A stretch of 55,357 nt of DNA from a virus (lineage: Duplodnaviria > Caudoviricetes), in IMG/VR virus record IMGVR_UViG_3300030110_000758, positions 1 to 55,357 of that record; one strand, written 5' to 3'. How positions within the stretch are numbered: the stretch's first letter is position 1; every line of letters starts with the position of its first letter. The position numbers and the translations under genes were made by a program. The notes beneath the pieces are model-generated. The model searched no databases. It worked only from the letters and a program-made list of their open reading frames with translations, and was not told where the DNA came from. Positions 45,926 to 55,333 of this stretch are shown in pieces.

Positions 45926-46733
45926 TTACATAGAGGAAACACTGGATTTAACTGAGGGTGAATCCATACGCAAGGCTTGTCCTAAATGTGGCAGCAAAAA
46001 CACCTTCACTGCACGTAAAGTTGACGGTAGGATTATCTACAACTGTTACAAATTATCGTGCGATCTCAAAGGCATGGTGTCCACAGCTATGACTATGGAA
46101 GAAATGCAGTCTTACTTTAAGAAGCCCCTAATAGAATCACATAATGATAACAACGAGTTAACTACCTTTGTTTATCCAGAACATGTAGTTGATGGTAGCA
46201 CTGTGCAAAACGGACAGATGCGTAGATTTATTATGCGCTGGCCTATACTTAAACATGAGAACTTAATGTATGACGTTAAAAGTAAACGTGTAGTTTTTCC
46301 TATCTATAACGATGGTAGATTGATAGATGCCATAGGCCGTGCATTAGATGGAGCTATACCAAAGTGGTACAGATACGGTGGTATTGGAAGCTTCTACAAA
46401 AGATGTATAGGTAAACCCAACGGTGTATATGTCATAGTCGAAGATGTTATTAGTGCTATCACTGTAGCTAAACGTATGCCAGGAACGACAGGCTTTGCCA
46501 TACTTGGTACTAGCTTGACAGACGATCACCTAGCTGATATAAGTGATAATGCGTCAAGCTGTTTAGTTGCACTTGATCCTGACGCACTAAGTAAAAGTAT
46601 GGAGTTCAGTAAGAAGATACAACTCTGGACTGATTTACCTGCTTGGGTGTTACACGTTGAGGATGACATCAAGTATGAACGTGTGAAAGATATAACTAAT
46701 TTAAGGATTCTGATAGATGGAGCGATTGAATAA
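45918..46733 (+). CDS. DNA primase (Zn finger + TOPRIM)
   Basis: CPKC..CYKLSC, RVVFPI, IGR, PKWYRY, VEDVISA, LGT, LDPDA. Confidence 0.85.
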   Translation: MDNYIEETLDLTEGESIRKACPKCGSKNTFTARKVDGRIIYNCYKLSCDLKGMVSTAMTMEEMQSYFKKPLIESHNDNNELTTFVYPEHVVDGSTVQNGQMRRFIMRWPILKHENLMYDVKSKRVVFPIYNDGRLIDAIGRALDGAIPKWYRYGGIGSFYKRCIGKPNGVYVIVEDVISAITVAKRMPGTTGFAILGTSLTDDHLADISDNASSCLVALDPDALSKSMEFSKKIQLWTDLPAWVLHVEDDIKYERVKDITNLRILIDGAIE

Positions 46734-46863
46734 ACAGAACCCTATGGCTAAAGATTTGCGGCAACCTAAGTATAAGCAGCGAGTTATACCTGATAAGAAG
46801 AAACCTAAACCAGTACGGAAAGAGAAACATAAAGGAGATATACATGCTTACAGAGACAGTTAA
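46717..46863 (+). CDS. ArfA-like basic peptide, 48 aa (not in ORF track)
   Basis: AAGGA SD; NPMAKDLRQPKYKQRVIPDKKKPKPVRKEKH aligns to E. coli ArfA [32 protein letters not shown]. Confidence 0.7.
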   Translation: MERLNKQNPMAKDLRQPKYKQRVIPDKKKPKPVRKEKHKGDIHAYRDS

Positions 46864-47266
46864 TCCAAAGACAGGTAAAAATAGATATTACAAAGACAAT
46901 CCAGAGCATAAGAAAATGTATCAAAGGATTTACTACTGGAAGAATAAAGCTATTAAAAGAATAAATGAATCTCAATTAGACAACGTAAAGAACGGTTACG
47001 TTTATGCAGTGGGTCATCCTAAATTTGATGGTATAAAAATAGGCAGGACACATAACATAGAACAAAGATTGTCTCAACTTAATACAGGTTGTCCTGGTAG
47101 ATTATACTATGTAGTTTATAAAGTGTATCAAGATGATTGTCACGAGGCAGAAAGAAAGGCACACGAATTAGCTAACAACTATGGGGATATATTAAAAGGT
47201 GAGTGGTTTAAGATAACAGAAGAGCAAGCATTAGAAGTATTACAGGAGTTGACACTTGATAACTAA
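46844..47266 (+). CDS. GIY-YIG (T5orf172-type) nuclease domain protein
   Basis: GYVYA..IKIGRT..RLSQLNTG..EAERKAH..GEWF. Confidence 0.85.
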   Translation: MLTETVNPKTGKNRYYKDNPEHKKMYQRIYYWKNKAIKRINESQLDNVKNGYVYAVGHPKFDGIKIGRTHNIEQRLSQLNTGCPGRLYYVVYKVYQDDCHEAERKAHELANNYGDILKGEWFKITEEQALEVLQELTLDN

Positions 47267-47687
47267 GATATTAAATAGGCTACCTGAGTTCTGTTTTAGT
47301 CACTGGCTTTTACGTATACCTTTGTCTATTGTGTTTATACAACAAGGCTTATCTAAACTACCTATTAATATAGAAGATGCTGATTCATTTGGTCTACCTT
47401 ACATCGTTTGGTGGTTCGCTGCGTATGGTGAAATAGGTGCAGGTATAGGGTTAATAGTTAGTGGTATCATAGGGTCAAGCATATGGGATTTTTGGATTAG
47501 AGATATGATGCACCATTGGTCAGATTTACTTACACGTTTCTGTGGTATTACTATTTGTTGTATTATGACAGGAGTGATATGGGTAGGTGAACCCGATAGT
47601 TTAATGGATGTTTTACTATATGATAACTTACATGTTTTTCTTTGGGTAGGTGGTTTATTCTTTGCTTTGAGGGGTAAGCGAGCATGA
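47256..47687 (+). CDS. DoxX family membrane protein
   Basis: WLLRIPLSIVFIQQGLSK..GEIGAGIGL; four TM; TTG start with AGGAG SD. Confidence 0.75.
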   Translation: MITKILNRLPEFCFSHWLLRIPLSIVFIQQGLSKLPINIEDADSFGLPYIVWWFAAYGEIGAGIGLIVSGIIGSSIWDFWIRDMMHHWSDLLTRFCGITICCIMTGVIWVGEPDSLMDVLLYDNLHVFLWVGGLFFALRGKRA

Positions 47688-47845
47688 TGCGAAGAGTTAA
47701 AGATGTAGTGTGTTCTTGGTGCAAGAAAGAGTTTAGCACTAAGGATTACACTTCATGTCCACACTGTAAAGATATGTATCAGTGTGTAAGTTGTGGAGCA
47801 CCAACTAAAAATACATGGTGTAACTTTTGTTTGGAGGAAGAATAA
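47684..47845 (+). CDS. Double zinc-ribbon protein, 53 aa (not in ORF track)
   Basis: CSWC, CPHC, CVSC, CNFC; ATGA overlap. Confidence 0.75.
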   Translation: MMRRVKDVVCSWCKKEFSTKDYTSCPHCKDMYQCVSCGAPTKNTWCNFCLEEE

Positions 47846-48118
47846 ATGAAATGGTTTGTAATGGTATTCTTTTTGTCTTATCATCCTGATGGTACAAGAG
47901 ATACATTTATATTCACTAACCCTACCTATGATGATAGGGAAACTTGCATGGCTACGCTGACAGATAACAACGAAATAGCTAAATACGTAGAGGGTATGAT
48001 GATAACATATAATGGTGTTATTCCTGGTCCAATAGAGAAGGTAAATTGTATTGATGAAAATCAGTTTAATGAGTTACAAAAACTAAGGAATAGGCGAGAA
48101 GGTAAGCATGACACCTAG
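47846..48118 (+). CDS. Small exported two-Cys protein
   Basis: GGAGG SD; MKWFVMVFFL..YDDRETC..VNCI. Confidence 0.75.
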   Translation: MKWFVMVFFLSYHPDGTRDTFIFTNPTYDDRETCMATLTDNNEIAKYVEGMMITYNGVIPGPIEKVNCIDENQFNELQKLRNRREGKHDT

Positions 48119-48323
48119 AGAAGCAGCGCAAATAGAAGCAGAAAAAACTTTTGAGATGTTTACTATGTGGTCTAAAAGAATTACTGTATATGCTATTATA
48201 TTCTTAATGATAGTTGTGTTTGGTTGTAATAGTGGTGTTGAAGTAGGCCCAAATAAAACAGGTTCTCAATATAATGGTGAAGCTTATTCACCTATGAATT
48301 TAAACATAAAGGATACAAGATGA
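48108..48323 (+). CDS. aa3-type cytochrome c oxidase subunit IV-like membrane peptide
   Basis: AEKTFEMFTMWSKRITVYAIIFLMIVVFGCNS resembles the TF-x2-F..TM..NS pattern of Paracoccus subunit IV. Confidence 0.5.
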   Translation: MTPREAAQIEAEKTFEMFTMWSKRITVYAIIFLMIVVFGCNSGVEVGPNKTGSQYNGEAYSPMNLNIKDTR

Positions 48324-48673
48324 GTAAAAAATCTAAGATTGTGCCTTTAAGCATGATTAGTGTTTTTGATTTCTTTAAAGAGGCATGGGTTAGTGTGATG
48401 ACCATAGAGAACTCTCCCTTGCGTCACATCCAGAAGTTAGATCCAAGGGTGGCACATGCAATGTTTCAGATACTGGCATACATGTGGAGTGCAATCTTTG
48501 CGCTGTGGATTAGTAATATACTTTGGTTTAGTATTAGTGCATTAGGTCATGCATTATTAATTGGTGGTATATTTATAACTGCAGGAGTATACAGAGAAGC
48601 CAATAAAAGATCTAATAAAAAACCCACTGACAATGTGACAAGTGGTAGAATGTTTGGTGGTGAACATGATTAA
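48320..48673 (+). CDS. Two-TM membrane protein
   Basis: WVSVM..SPLRHI..QILAYMW..GH..GGEHD. Confidence 0.7.
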   Translation: MSKKSKIVPLSMISVFDFFKEAWVSVMTIENSPLRHIQKLDPRVAHAMFQILAYMWSAIFALWISNILWFSISALGHALLIGGIFITAGVYREANKRSNKKPTDNVTSGRMFGGEHD

Positions 48674-49304
48674 GGCAACATACATAGATCACATGGGTAC
48701 AGATTTGACTGTAGTGAATGTAGCTAGAGTATCCTTTAACAAGCAACATGATGTGTACAAAGAGCAAGAAGACAACAGGCTAATACATTATTTAGCCAAG
48801 CACAAACACATGTCACCCTTTGGGCATTGCTTTGCCAGCTTCCACGTTAAGGCACCAGTGTTTGTAGCTAGGCAGCTAGTTAAGCATAAGTTCCTACGAT
48901 GGAATGAGATTAGCCGTAGGTACGTGGATGATGAGCCTGAGTTTTACTTGCCTAGATGTTGGCGTGGGCGTAGTGAGGATAAAAAGCAAGGGAGCACTGG
49001 CGCGTGGTATGACGATGATCTAGATTTTGTAATTAAGGACGGTCACACAGCTTGTCTAAACTCCTATAAAGATTTGCTTGAGAATGGTGTATGTCCTGAA
49101 CAAGCACGTATGGTACTGCCACAGAGTATGATGACTGAGTGGTACTGGTCAGGTAGCTTAGATGCTTTTGCAGACATGTGTAAGCTACGTTGTGCGTCTG
49201 ACACACAGGTTGAAACACAAGAGGTAGCCAAACAGATCAGTGTTAAGATGCATGAGTTATTTCCTGTGTCTTGGATGGCATTAGCAAAAGAGCAAAGAAA
49301 ATGA
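48666..49304 (+). CDS. thyX: Flavin-dependent thymidylate synthase
   Basis: ARVSF, HMSPF, VARQLVKH..NEISRRY, EQARMVLP; start moved to ATG 48666. Confidence 0.92.
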   Translation: MIKATYIDHMGTDLTVVNVARVSFNKQHDVYKEQEDNRLIHYLAKHKHMSPFGHCFASFHVKAPVFVARQLVKHKFLRWNEISRRYVDDEPEFYLPRCWRGRSEDKKQGSTGAWYDDDLDFVIKDGHTACLNSYKDLLENGVCPEQARMVLPQSMMTEWYWSGSLDAFADMCKLRCASDTQVETQEVAKQISVKMHELFPVSWMALAKEQRK

Positions 49305-49453
49305 GAGGTAATATAAACGGTGCAATCAAGGCGTCAGCTATTGTAGCTTTACTGATAGCTGCACCACCAGTAATGATAGCTATGACGTATGATGAGTATC
49401 CAAAGTACTGTAAGCTATCTATATTGTTACCATGCATAGGAGTTAAGGAGTAG
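49301..49453 (+). CDS. Small membrane peptide
   Basis: ATGA overlap; TM followed by YCKLSILLPC. Confidence 0.6.
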   Translation: MRGNINGAIKASAIVALLIAAPPVMIAMTYDEYPKYCKLSILLPCIGVKE

Positions 49454-49458
49454 AAACT

Positions 49459-49686
49459 ATGAGCGTATGTGGTGAAATAGAAAACTTAGAAGAAGAGATA
49501 CGACAGTATCAACAAAAAATTAGACAGGCCTATGAAAGAATAGATAGGCTCAAAAATATACGTCCCATGTCAGATGATGAAAGACAAAGAGCCATACAAA
49601 AACAAGCTGCAAATAATATTAATGTATCACCTAGAGACATACATCAAGCGTGGTACGATGGAGATGGCAGTGAATTATTTGAGTGA
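49459..49686 (+). CDS. Small coiled-coil protein
   Basis: AAGGAG SD; 75 aa. Confidence 0.7.
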   Translation: MSVCGEIENLEEEIRQYQQKIRQAYERIDRLKNIRPMSDDERQRAIQKQAANNINVSPRDIHQAWYDGDGSELFE

Positions 49687-49697
49687 AGGAGAGACAG

Positions 49698-50918
49698 ATG
49701 GAGTTGGCACTAATAAGAACCTTGATGGACAAGGAGTTCTACGAAAACAATAAAGGTATTCGCACTCCAGATAATTTATTTAGTAAAGATCTACGTGGTA
49801 TAAAAAGAACTTTAGACTACGCTATGGAGACATACGAGAGGAGCATAACACCAGCAGAATTAGAAGGACTATTCTTCACACACAACGTGTTGACTACAGC
49901 TAACAAAGATTCTTACAGAGAGTTGTTCAAGAAGATAAACAAAGCAGAACCTATGTCGTCTGACATTGCACAGGAAGTTATGGGTAATTTGTTTCAGAAG
50001 TTAGTAGGAGAGGAGATAGCTAACTTGGGCGTTAAGTATGTCAACGGTGCAGAGAATACACTGGAGCCTATACGTAAAATAATAGAAGACTATCAAGATG
50101 ATTTCATGCCTAACTTGAAGATTGATTGGGGTGACATATCTATTGACACCTTACTAGAGAAGGCTGACGTACAAGCTAAGTGGAAGTTTAATATACCATC
50201 TCTTCAAAGACGTATAGAGGGTGTGTCAGGTGGTCATTTAGTTTTGGTAGGTGCAAGACCAAATACAGGCAAGACATCTTTCCATGCTTCGATCATAGCT
50301 TCTGAAGATGGGTTTGCTAGGCAGGGTGCTAAGTGTATAGTTCTGTGCAATGAAGAATCCTATGATCGTGTAGGTGCAAGGTATCTAAGTGCTGCATCTA
50401 ACATGTCTATGGATGAAGTTAAAGGTAACTATGCATTAGCTGCAACTAGATACAAACCTGTGCACGATAACATTAAGATCAAGGATAGCACAGGTAAAGA
50501 TATGCGCTGGGTTGAGGCTGTAGTTAAGGCATACCAGCCTGACATTTTGGTGTTGGATATGGGTGACAAGTTTGCTAGTAAGGGTAGTGCCGACTCGCAT
50601 GTGTATCTCAAAGACGCAGCGATACATGCACGTAACATAGCGAAGCAGTATGACTGTGCTATCATCTGGATGTCACAACTGTCTGCTGATGCTGAAGGTA
50701 AAGTTTACGTAGATCAATCTATGATGGAAGGTAGTAAGACAGGCAAGGCAGCAGAGTGTGATTTAATGATCTTGATTTCTAAGAACCCACAAGTGGAGGG
50801 CCAAGATGAACAAGATTCACAAAGACATTTGAACATAGCTAAGAATAAACTACGTGGTGGATGGCATGGTGTTGTACACTGTGAGTTAGACGGTGATAGA
50901 TCAAGGTACACAGTATGA
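49698..50918 (+). CDS. DnaB-like replicative helicase
   Basis: Walker A GARPNTGKT, CNEE, LVLD, MSQL, IAKNK; AAGGAG SD at ATG 49698. Confidence 0.9.
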   Translation: MELALIRTLMDKEFYENNKGIRTPDNLFSKDLRGIKRTLDYAMETYERSITPAELEGLFFTHNVLTTANKDSYRELFKKINKAEPMSSDIAQEVMGNLFQKLVGEEIANLGVKYVNGAENTLEPIRKIIEDYQDDFMPNLKIDWGDISIDTLLEKADVQAKWKFNIPSLQRRIEGVSGGHLVLVGARPNTGKTSFHASIIASEDGFARQGAKCIVLCNEESYDRVGARYLSAASNMSMDEVKGNYALAATRYKPVHDNIKIKDSTGKDMRWVEAVVKAYQPDILVLDMGDKFASKGSADSHVYLKDAAIHARNIAKQYDCAIIWMSQLSADAEGKVYVDQSMMEGSKTGKAAECDLMILISKNPQVEGQDEQDSQRHLNIAKNKLRGGWHGVVHCELDGDRSRYTV

Positions 50919-52957
50919 GAAGAGTCCTTGACGTAGAAAACTCTATCACATTACGTGATGGTAAGATACACAACGATCCTTTTGAGCCATCTAATACGCT
51001 TACACAGGTAGGTGTACTGTGTTTAGACACACAACAAAAATCTTTGCTCTGCTTTGATCACGTTGAAAAGAATGACTCACTAGAAAACAAATGCAGATTA
51101 CAACGATGGCTTGACTCTACAACTTTATTGATAGGACATAACCTTCAGTATGATTTATCTTGGCTGTGGTCTAGCGGGTTTACATATGATGGTGACATAT
51201 ATGATACTATGCTTGCGGAGTATTTACTTTTACGTGGACAAAAGGAACCACTAAGTTTAGAGCAGTGCGCCCAGCGCAGACAGTTAGAATATCAAAAGGA
51301 TGATACTCTTAAGACATATTATAAAAAAGGATACAATACAAATGAGATACCCTTGGGTGAACTTAGCCATTATTTGTCTTGCGATTTGTTTAGCACTGGT
51401 GAGTTGTACAAAGCCATCGAAGAAGACTATCAAGATCCTGCCTCTACCTCCTTACATAACGTCAGAGAAGTTACCTTCCGCACCTGTAAATCCCTTGCCA
51501 GAATGTACATGCGAGGATTCAGGGTGGATACTACCGCCCTCGAACATGTCCGTGATGAGTTCCAACGAGAGCACAATGAGATTGAAGACAGATTGCAAAA
51601 AAAGGTGCGAGAATTAATGGGTGACACACCTATTAACTTGAACTCTCCAGAACAATTATCACAAGTTATATTTGGTAGAAGGGTACACAATAAAAAAGAG
51701 TGGGCTAACTTGTTTGATTACGTAAACACACCAGAGGAGTTTAAAAAAACAGTAGAAAAGAACAGTGACATGATATTAAAAACACACGCTGTCATATGTG
51801 CTAGCTGTGTAGGTAAGGGAAAAGTGTTTAAAGTAAGGAAGGATGGAACAAAGTATGCCAAACCTACTAAATGTAAGGAGTGTGACGGTAAAGGGTATCA
51901 CTTACGAGAACTATCCCACGCTGCAGGATTACAATTTAGCGCACCTAACAAGTCTTGGATTAGTGCAAACGGTTTTAGCACAGGTAAAGACAGACTAGAT
52001 ATGATTAATCACGTTGCAAAGAAAGGTGAAATGAAAGATGCAGAAGAGTTTATCACAGGGGTTAAAAGGTTGTCTGCTGTTAGTAGTTATCTCAGTAGTT
52101 TTGTCGATGGTATTTCCACCTACACTAAGCAAGACGGATTCCTCCATGTCGGTCTTACCCAGCATATCACCAGTACAGGTAGATTTTCTGGACGAAAGCC
52201 CAACATGCAAAACATGCCAAGAGGAGGAACCTTTCCTGTAAAGCGTGTATTTGTTTCGCGCTGGGCTGGCGGTCATATTTTAGAAGCCGACTTTGCCCAG
52301 CTTGAGTTCAGAGCCGCAGCGTTCTTATCACAAGATGAAACAGCTATGCAAGAGATAGAAACAGGGTTTGATGTACACAGTTACACAGCCAAAGTTATTT
52401 CTGATGCAGGGCAACCAACAACTAGGCAAGAGGCAAAGGCTCACACGTTTGCACCTCTCTTTGGGGCTACAGGGTACGGCAGAAGCAATGCAGAAGCAGC
52501 GTACTACAAGCACTTCGTAGAGAAGTACAAGGGTATAGCTAGGTGGCACACTGATTTAGGTGAAGAGGCATTACGCTTTCAAAAGATAACTAACGTGAGT
52601 GGTAGGCAGTACGCTTTCCCTGACGTTATACGCAGAGTAAATGGTAGTGTGTCTCACTTTACTATGATAAAGAACTATCCTGTTCAGGGCTTCGCTACAG
52701 GTGATGTAGTACCGCTTGTGTTGATAGAACTTGATACTAGATTAGAGAAGCTACAGTCAGGTATAGTCAACAGTGTACACGATTCTGTAGTAGTAGATGT
52801 ACACCCAAACGAAAAAGACTACGTGATTGCAATGATAGACACACTTAATAATGATCTTAATAGTATAGTGGAGGAAGCGTATGGAATAAAAATAAACGTT
52901 CCGTTGTTATTAGAAGCTAAAATAGGTAAGAATTGGCTTGACATCAAGGACGTTTAA
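50915..52957 (+). CDS. polA: Family A DNA polymerase with DnaJ-like Zn-finger insert (HMO-2011 type)
   Basis: Exo DVE, HNLQYD, YLSCD; CASCVGKG..CKECDGKG; TGRFS, DFAQLE, RQEAKAHTF, NYPVQG, VHDS. Confidence 0.95.
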   Translation: MRRVLDVENSITLRDGKIHNDPFEPSNTLTQVGVLCLDTQQKSLLCFDHVEKNDSLENKCRLQRWLDSTTLLIGHNLQYDLSWLWSSGFTYDGDIYDTMLAEYLLLRGQKEPLSLEQCAQRRQLEYQKDDTLKTYYKKGYNTNEIPLGELSHYLSCDLFSTGELYKAIEEDYQDPASTSLHNVREVTFRTCKSLARMYMRGFRVDTTALEHVRDEFQREHNEIEDRLQKKVRELMGDTPINLNSPEQLSQVIFGRRVHNKKEWANLFDYVNTPEEFKKTVEKNSDMILKTHAVICASCVGKGKVFKVRKDGTKYAKPTKCKECDGKGYHLRELSHAAGLQFSAPNKSWISANGFSTGKDRLDMINHVAKKGEMKDAEEFITGVKRLSAVSSYLSSFVDGISTYTKQDGFLHVGLTQHITSTGRFSGRKPNMQNMPRGGTFPVKRVFVSRWAGGHILEADFAQLEFRAAAFLSQDETAMQEIETGFDVHSYTAKVISDAGQPTTRQEAKAHTFAPLFGATGYGRSNAEAAYYKHFVEKYKGIARWHTDLGEEALRFQKITNVSGRQYAFPDVIRRVNGSVSHFTMIKNYPVQGFATGDVVPLVLIELDTRLEKLQSGIVNSVHDSVVVDVHPNEKDYVIAMIDTLNNDLNSIVEEAYGIKINVPLLLEAKIGKNWLDIKDV

Positions 52958-52967
52958 TGGTATAACT
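52938..52967 (+). promoter_or_regulatory. Promoter for the SSB-nuclease-RNR operon
   Basis: TTGACA-N17-TATAACT with extended -10 TG. Confidence 0.7.
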
Positions 52968-52998
52968 AAGACTCTTTTAATGTTGAAAGGAAAACAAT

Positions 52999-53844
52999 AT
53001 GAACACACAAGTCGCACTAAGTGTAGAGAACATGAACCTGGCAGATGCTATGGGTTTTGGAAGCTCTGCAGAAAGTAACGGAAGTGGTTCTAGCTTGTGT
53101 AGAATAACATCAACTGTTATACAAGAAGTTACCACTGATAATAAAATTGTATCATCGCCTGTATTTAAAGTTAAAAAAGATGAGGATGTCTTTTACGTTC
53201 GTGAGGTAGAGTTACGTATATTTACACAGAGACAGCGCTGGCAAAAATGGGACAGTGAAAATAGTACATTTCACAAAACTGTTATGTCAACAAATCTAAA
53301 TGCAGATTTAAAAGATACACTAGGAACTTTTAATTTAGGCAGACCTACTGGTTACATAAAAGACTTTAATGGACTGCCTGATTCTACAAAGGATATTATT
53401 CGTAGCGTTAATCGTGTTAAAGTTTACATGGGCATGGCACATTTTATTGATCCTTTTTATGAGGGTGGTGCTCCTGTAGAAGGATACGAAAGCGAAGTTC
53501 CTTTTATAGCTGACGTAAAAAATCGTGAAAGCTTACAGTCCATTGATGGTATAATAAAAAAACTACAAACTAAACGTATACTTCCAGTTGAGCACCTTAT
53601 AAAAGTTAGAGGTGATGTTAGAGCTATGCCTAACGGTAATAAGTATGCAGTCATGCAAGCCTCACTAGGTGAAATGGTTGATCTTTTAGAGTCAGACAAT
53701 GAATCACTAAAAGATTTTGTCGCCTACGTTGAGAATCAAAATGATTACATCTTAAACAAATGGGATGAAACACACGTAAAACAATTAGACGATGAGTCAT
53801 CTAAGATAGTGTCTAATATTGTAGACTTGGAGGACTTTGAATAA
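52999..53844 (+). CDS. Probable ssDNA-binding protein
   Basis: Follows the polymerase; own promoter and AAAGGA SD; acidic aromatic C-terminus DLEDFE. Confidence 0.55.
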   Translation: MNTQVALSVENMNLADAMGFGSSAESNGSGSSLCRITSTVIQEVTTDNKIVSSPVFKVKKDEDVFYVREVELRIFTQRQRWQKWDSENSTFHKTVMSTNLNADLKDTLGTFNLGRPTGYIKDFNGLPDSTKDIIRSVNRVKVYMGMAHFIDPFYEGGAPVEGYESEVPFIADVKNRESLQSIDGIIKKLQTKRILPVEHLIKVRGDVRAMPNGNKYAVMQASLGEMVDLLESDNESLKDFVAYVENQNDYILNKWDETHVKQLDDESSKIVSNIVDLEDFE

Positions 53845-54707
53845 TGCAACACCCTGCTGAACTGTCTGTGCATTCTTACCTGAGAAAATCTATTGATGGT
53901 AAGGCAGGGATGTCACAGGAAGTTATTGACAAGGTAGCTGACGATATTAAACAAGCCCTACATAAACAGTTTAACTCTGAAAAACGAAAGTTCAAAGTTA
54001 GGATGTCAAATGTAGGGCGTCCTAAGTGTCAGCTATGGTTTGATAAGAATAATCCTGAGAAAGCAGAACCTTTACCTGCATCATTTAAGATTAACATGAT
54101 CATAGGTGATATAGTTGAGGCTGTGTTTAAAGGATTGCTTAGAGCATCAGGCACAGAGTTTGAAGATAACGATAACGTGACACTAAAGCTATCAAACAAA
54201 GCAGAGATATCTGGTGAGTACGACATGGTTCTTGATGGTAAGGTAGATGATGTTAAGTCTGCTTCACCTTGGTCATTTACTAATAAGTTTGAAGACTTCC
54301 ACAGCTTAAACAAGGGTGATTCATTTGGTTACGTGTCACAGCTTGTAGGGTACGCTACCGCTGCAGGTAAAGATGTAGGTGGCTGGTGGGTAGTTAACAA
54401 AGGCAACGGTGACTTCAAGTACGTGTCAGCTTCTGAGGCAGACAAAAAAGAAGTGTTAAAAAAGATAGAGGATACCTATGATTACTTAGATAAAAATGAA
54501 CCCTTTGAGCGTTGCTTTGATTCTGAGCCAGAAGTATATCGAGGTAAAACAAGCGGCAATCACAAACTAGCAAAGGTGTGTAGTTTCTGCTCACACAAAA
54601 AGAAATGTTGGCCTACACTTAGAGCCTTACCATCTAAGGTTTACAGTGGAAAGCTAACACCACCAACAGTAGAATATGTAAGTTTATGGAGTGACCAATA
54701 TGACTAA
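53844..54707 (+). CDS. PD-(D/E)XK exonuclease with 1+3 Cys (Cas4/AddB-like)
   Basis: RMSNVGRPKC, GEYD..DDVKS, QLVGY, CSFCSHKKKC. Confidence 0.8.
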   Translation: MQHPAELSVHSYLRKSIDGKAGMSQEVIDKVADDIKQALHKQFNSEKRKFKVRMSNVGRPKCQLWFDKNNPEKAEPLPASFKINMIIGDIVEAVFKGLLRASGTEFEDNDNVTLKLSNKAEISGEYDMVLDGKVDDVKSASPWSFTNKFEDFHSLNKGDSFGYVSQLVGYATAAGKDVGGWWVVNKGNGDFKYVSASEADKKEVLKKIEDTYDYLDKNEPFERCFDSEPEVYRGKTSGNHKLAKVCSFCSHKKKCWPTLRALPSKVYSGKLTPPTVEYVSLWSDQYD

Positions 54708-54912
54708 AGTAGTAATTGATGAAGTAGAATACGATACAGAAGATTTTACAGAAGAGCAAAACAATCTGGTAGGAGAGTTGCAATACAATGCAAACATGCA
54801 ACGCCAGCTTACCTATCAGTTAAGCACACTTAAAACAGTAGGTGATATCTTAGCATCTCGTGTCAAAAAATCATTAACAGAGAACGAGGATGTCACAGAA
54901 GAGGCGTCATAA
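54700..54912 (+). CDS. Small protein (DUF6447-like)
   Basis: MTKVVIDEVEYDTEDFTEEQ; GGAG SD. Confidence 0.65.
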   Translation: MTKVVIDEVEYDTEDFTEEQNNLVGELQYNANMQRQLTYQLSTLKTVGDILASRVKKSLTENEDVTEEAS

Positions 54913-55333
54913 CTCCAAAAGGTATCGCAGTGGGCTAGAACGTGAAGTAGCTGCGTTCCTAAAAGGTAGTCAAACTAGAGTCAGGTATGAGGTTCTAAAG
55001 ATAGAGTGGGAAGACCTACGATACAGAACTTACACGCCTGACTTTATTTTGGATAACGGTATAATAATAGAAACAAAAGGTATCTTTGATAGCGAGGACA
55101 GACGAAAGCACATGGAGATACGTAAGCAACATCCTGAACTGGACATACGATTTGTATTCAGTAACTCTATGGCAAAGCTGTACAAAGGTGCTAAATCAAG
55201 ATACTACAATTGGTGTGACAAGAACGAGTTTCTTTGGGCGCATCGTGTTATACCTGAAGAGTGGTTAAAGGAAAAAGGAAGGCCTACTAAGATGAAACTT
55301 ATAGCATTCAAAGGTAAGAAAAGGAATACGTAA
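54890..55333 (+). CDS. Endonuclease I (T7 gp3-like Holliday junction resolvase)
   Basis: YRSGLE, YTPDF, IETKG, DRRKH, LDIRFVF, IPEEWL. Confidence 0.93.
   Translation: MSQKRRHNSKRYRSGLEREVAAFLKGSQTRVRYEVLKIEWEDLRYRTYTPDFILDNGIIIETKGIFDSEDRRKHMEIRKQHPELDIRFVFSNSMAKLYKGAKSRYYNWCDKNEFLWAHRVIPEEWLKEKGRPTKMKLIAFKGKKRNT

Noticed and set aside
824-52957. Inteins or introns in NrdJ, TerL, helicase or polymerase
   Set aside because: Lengths are normal and motifs are contiguous; the only insert is the DnaJ-like finger
53844-54707. Cas4-like nuclease as part of a CRISPR system
   Set aside because: No other cas genes or array; it sits in the usual SSB-exonuclease-endonuclease I replication block
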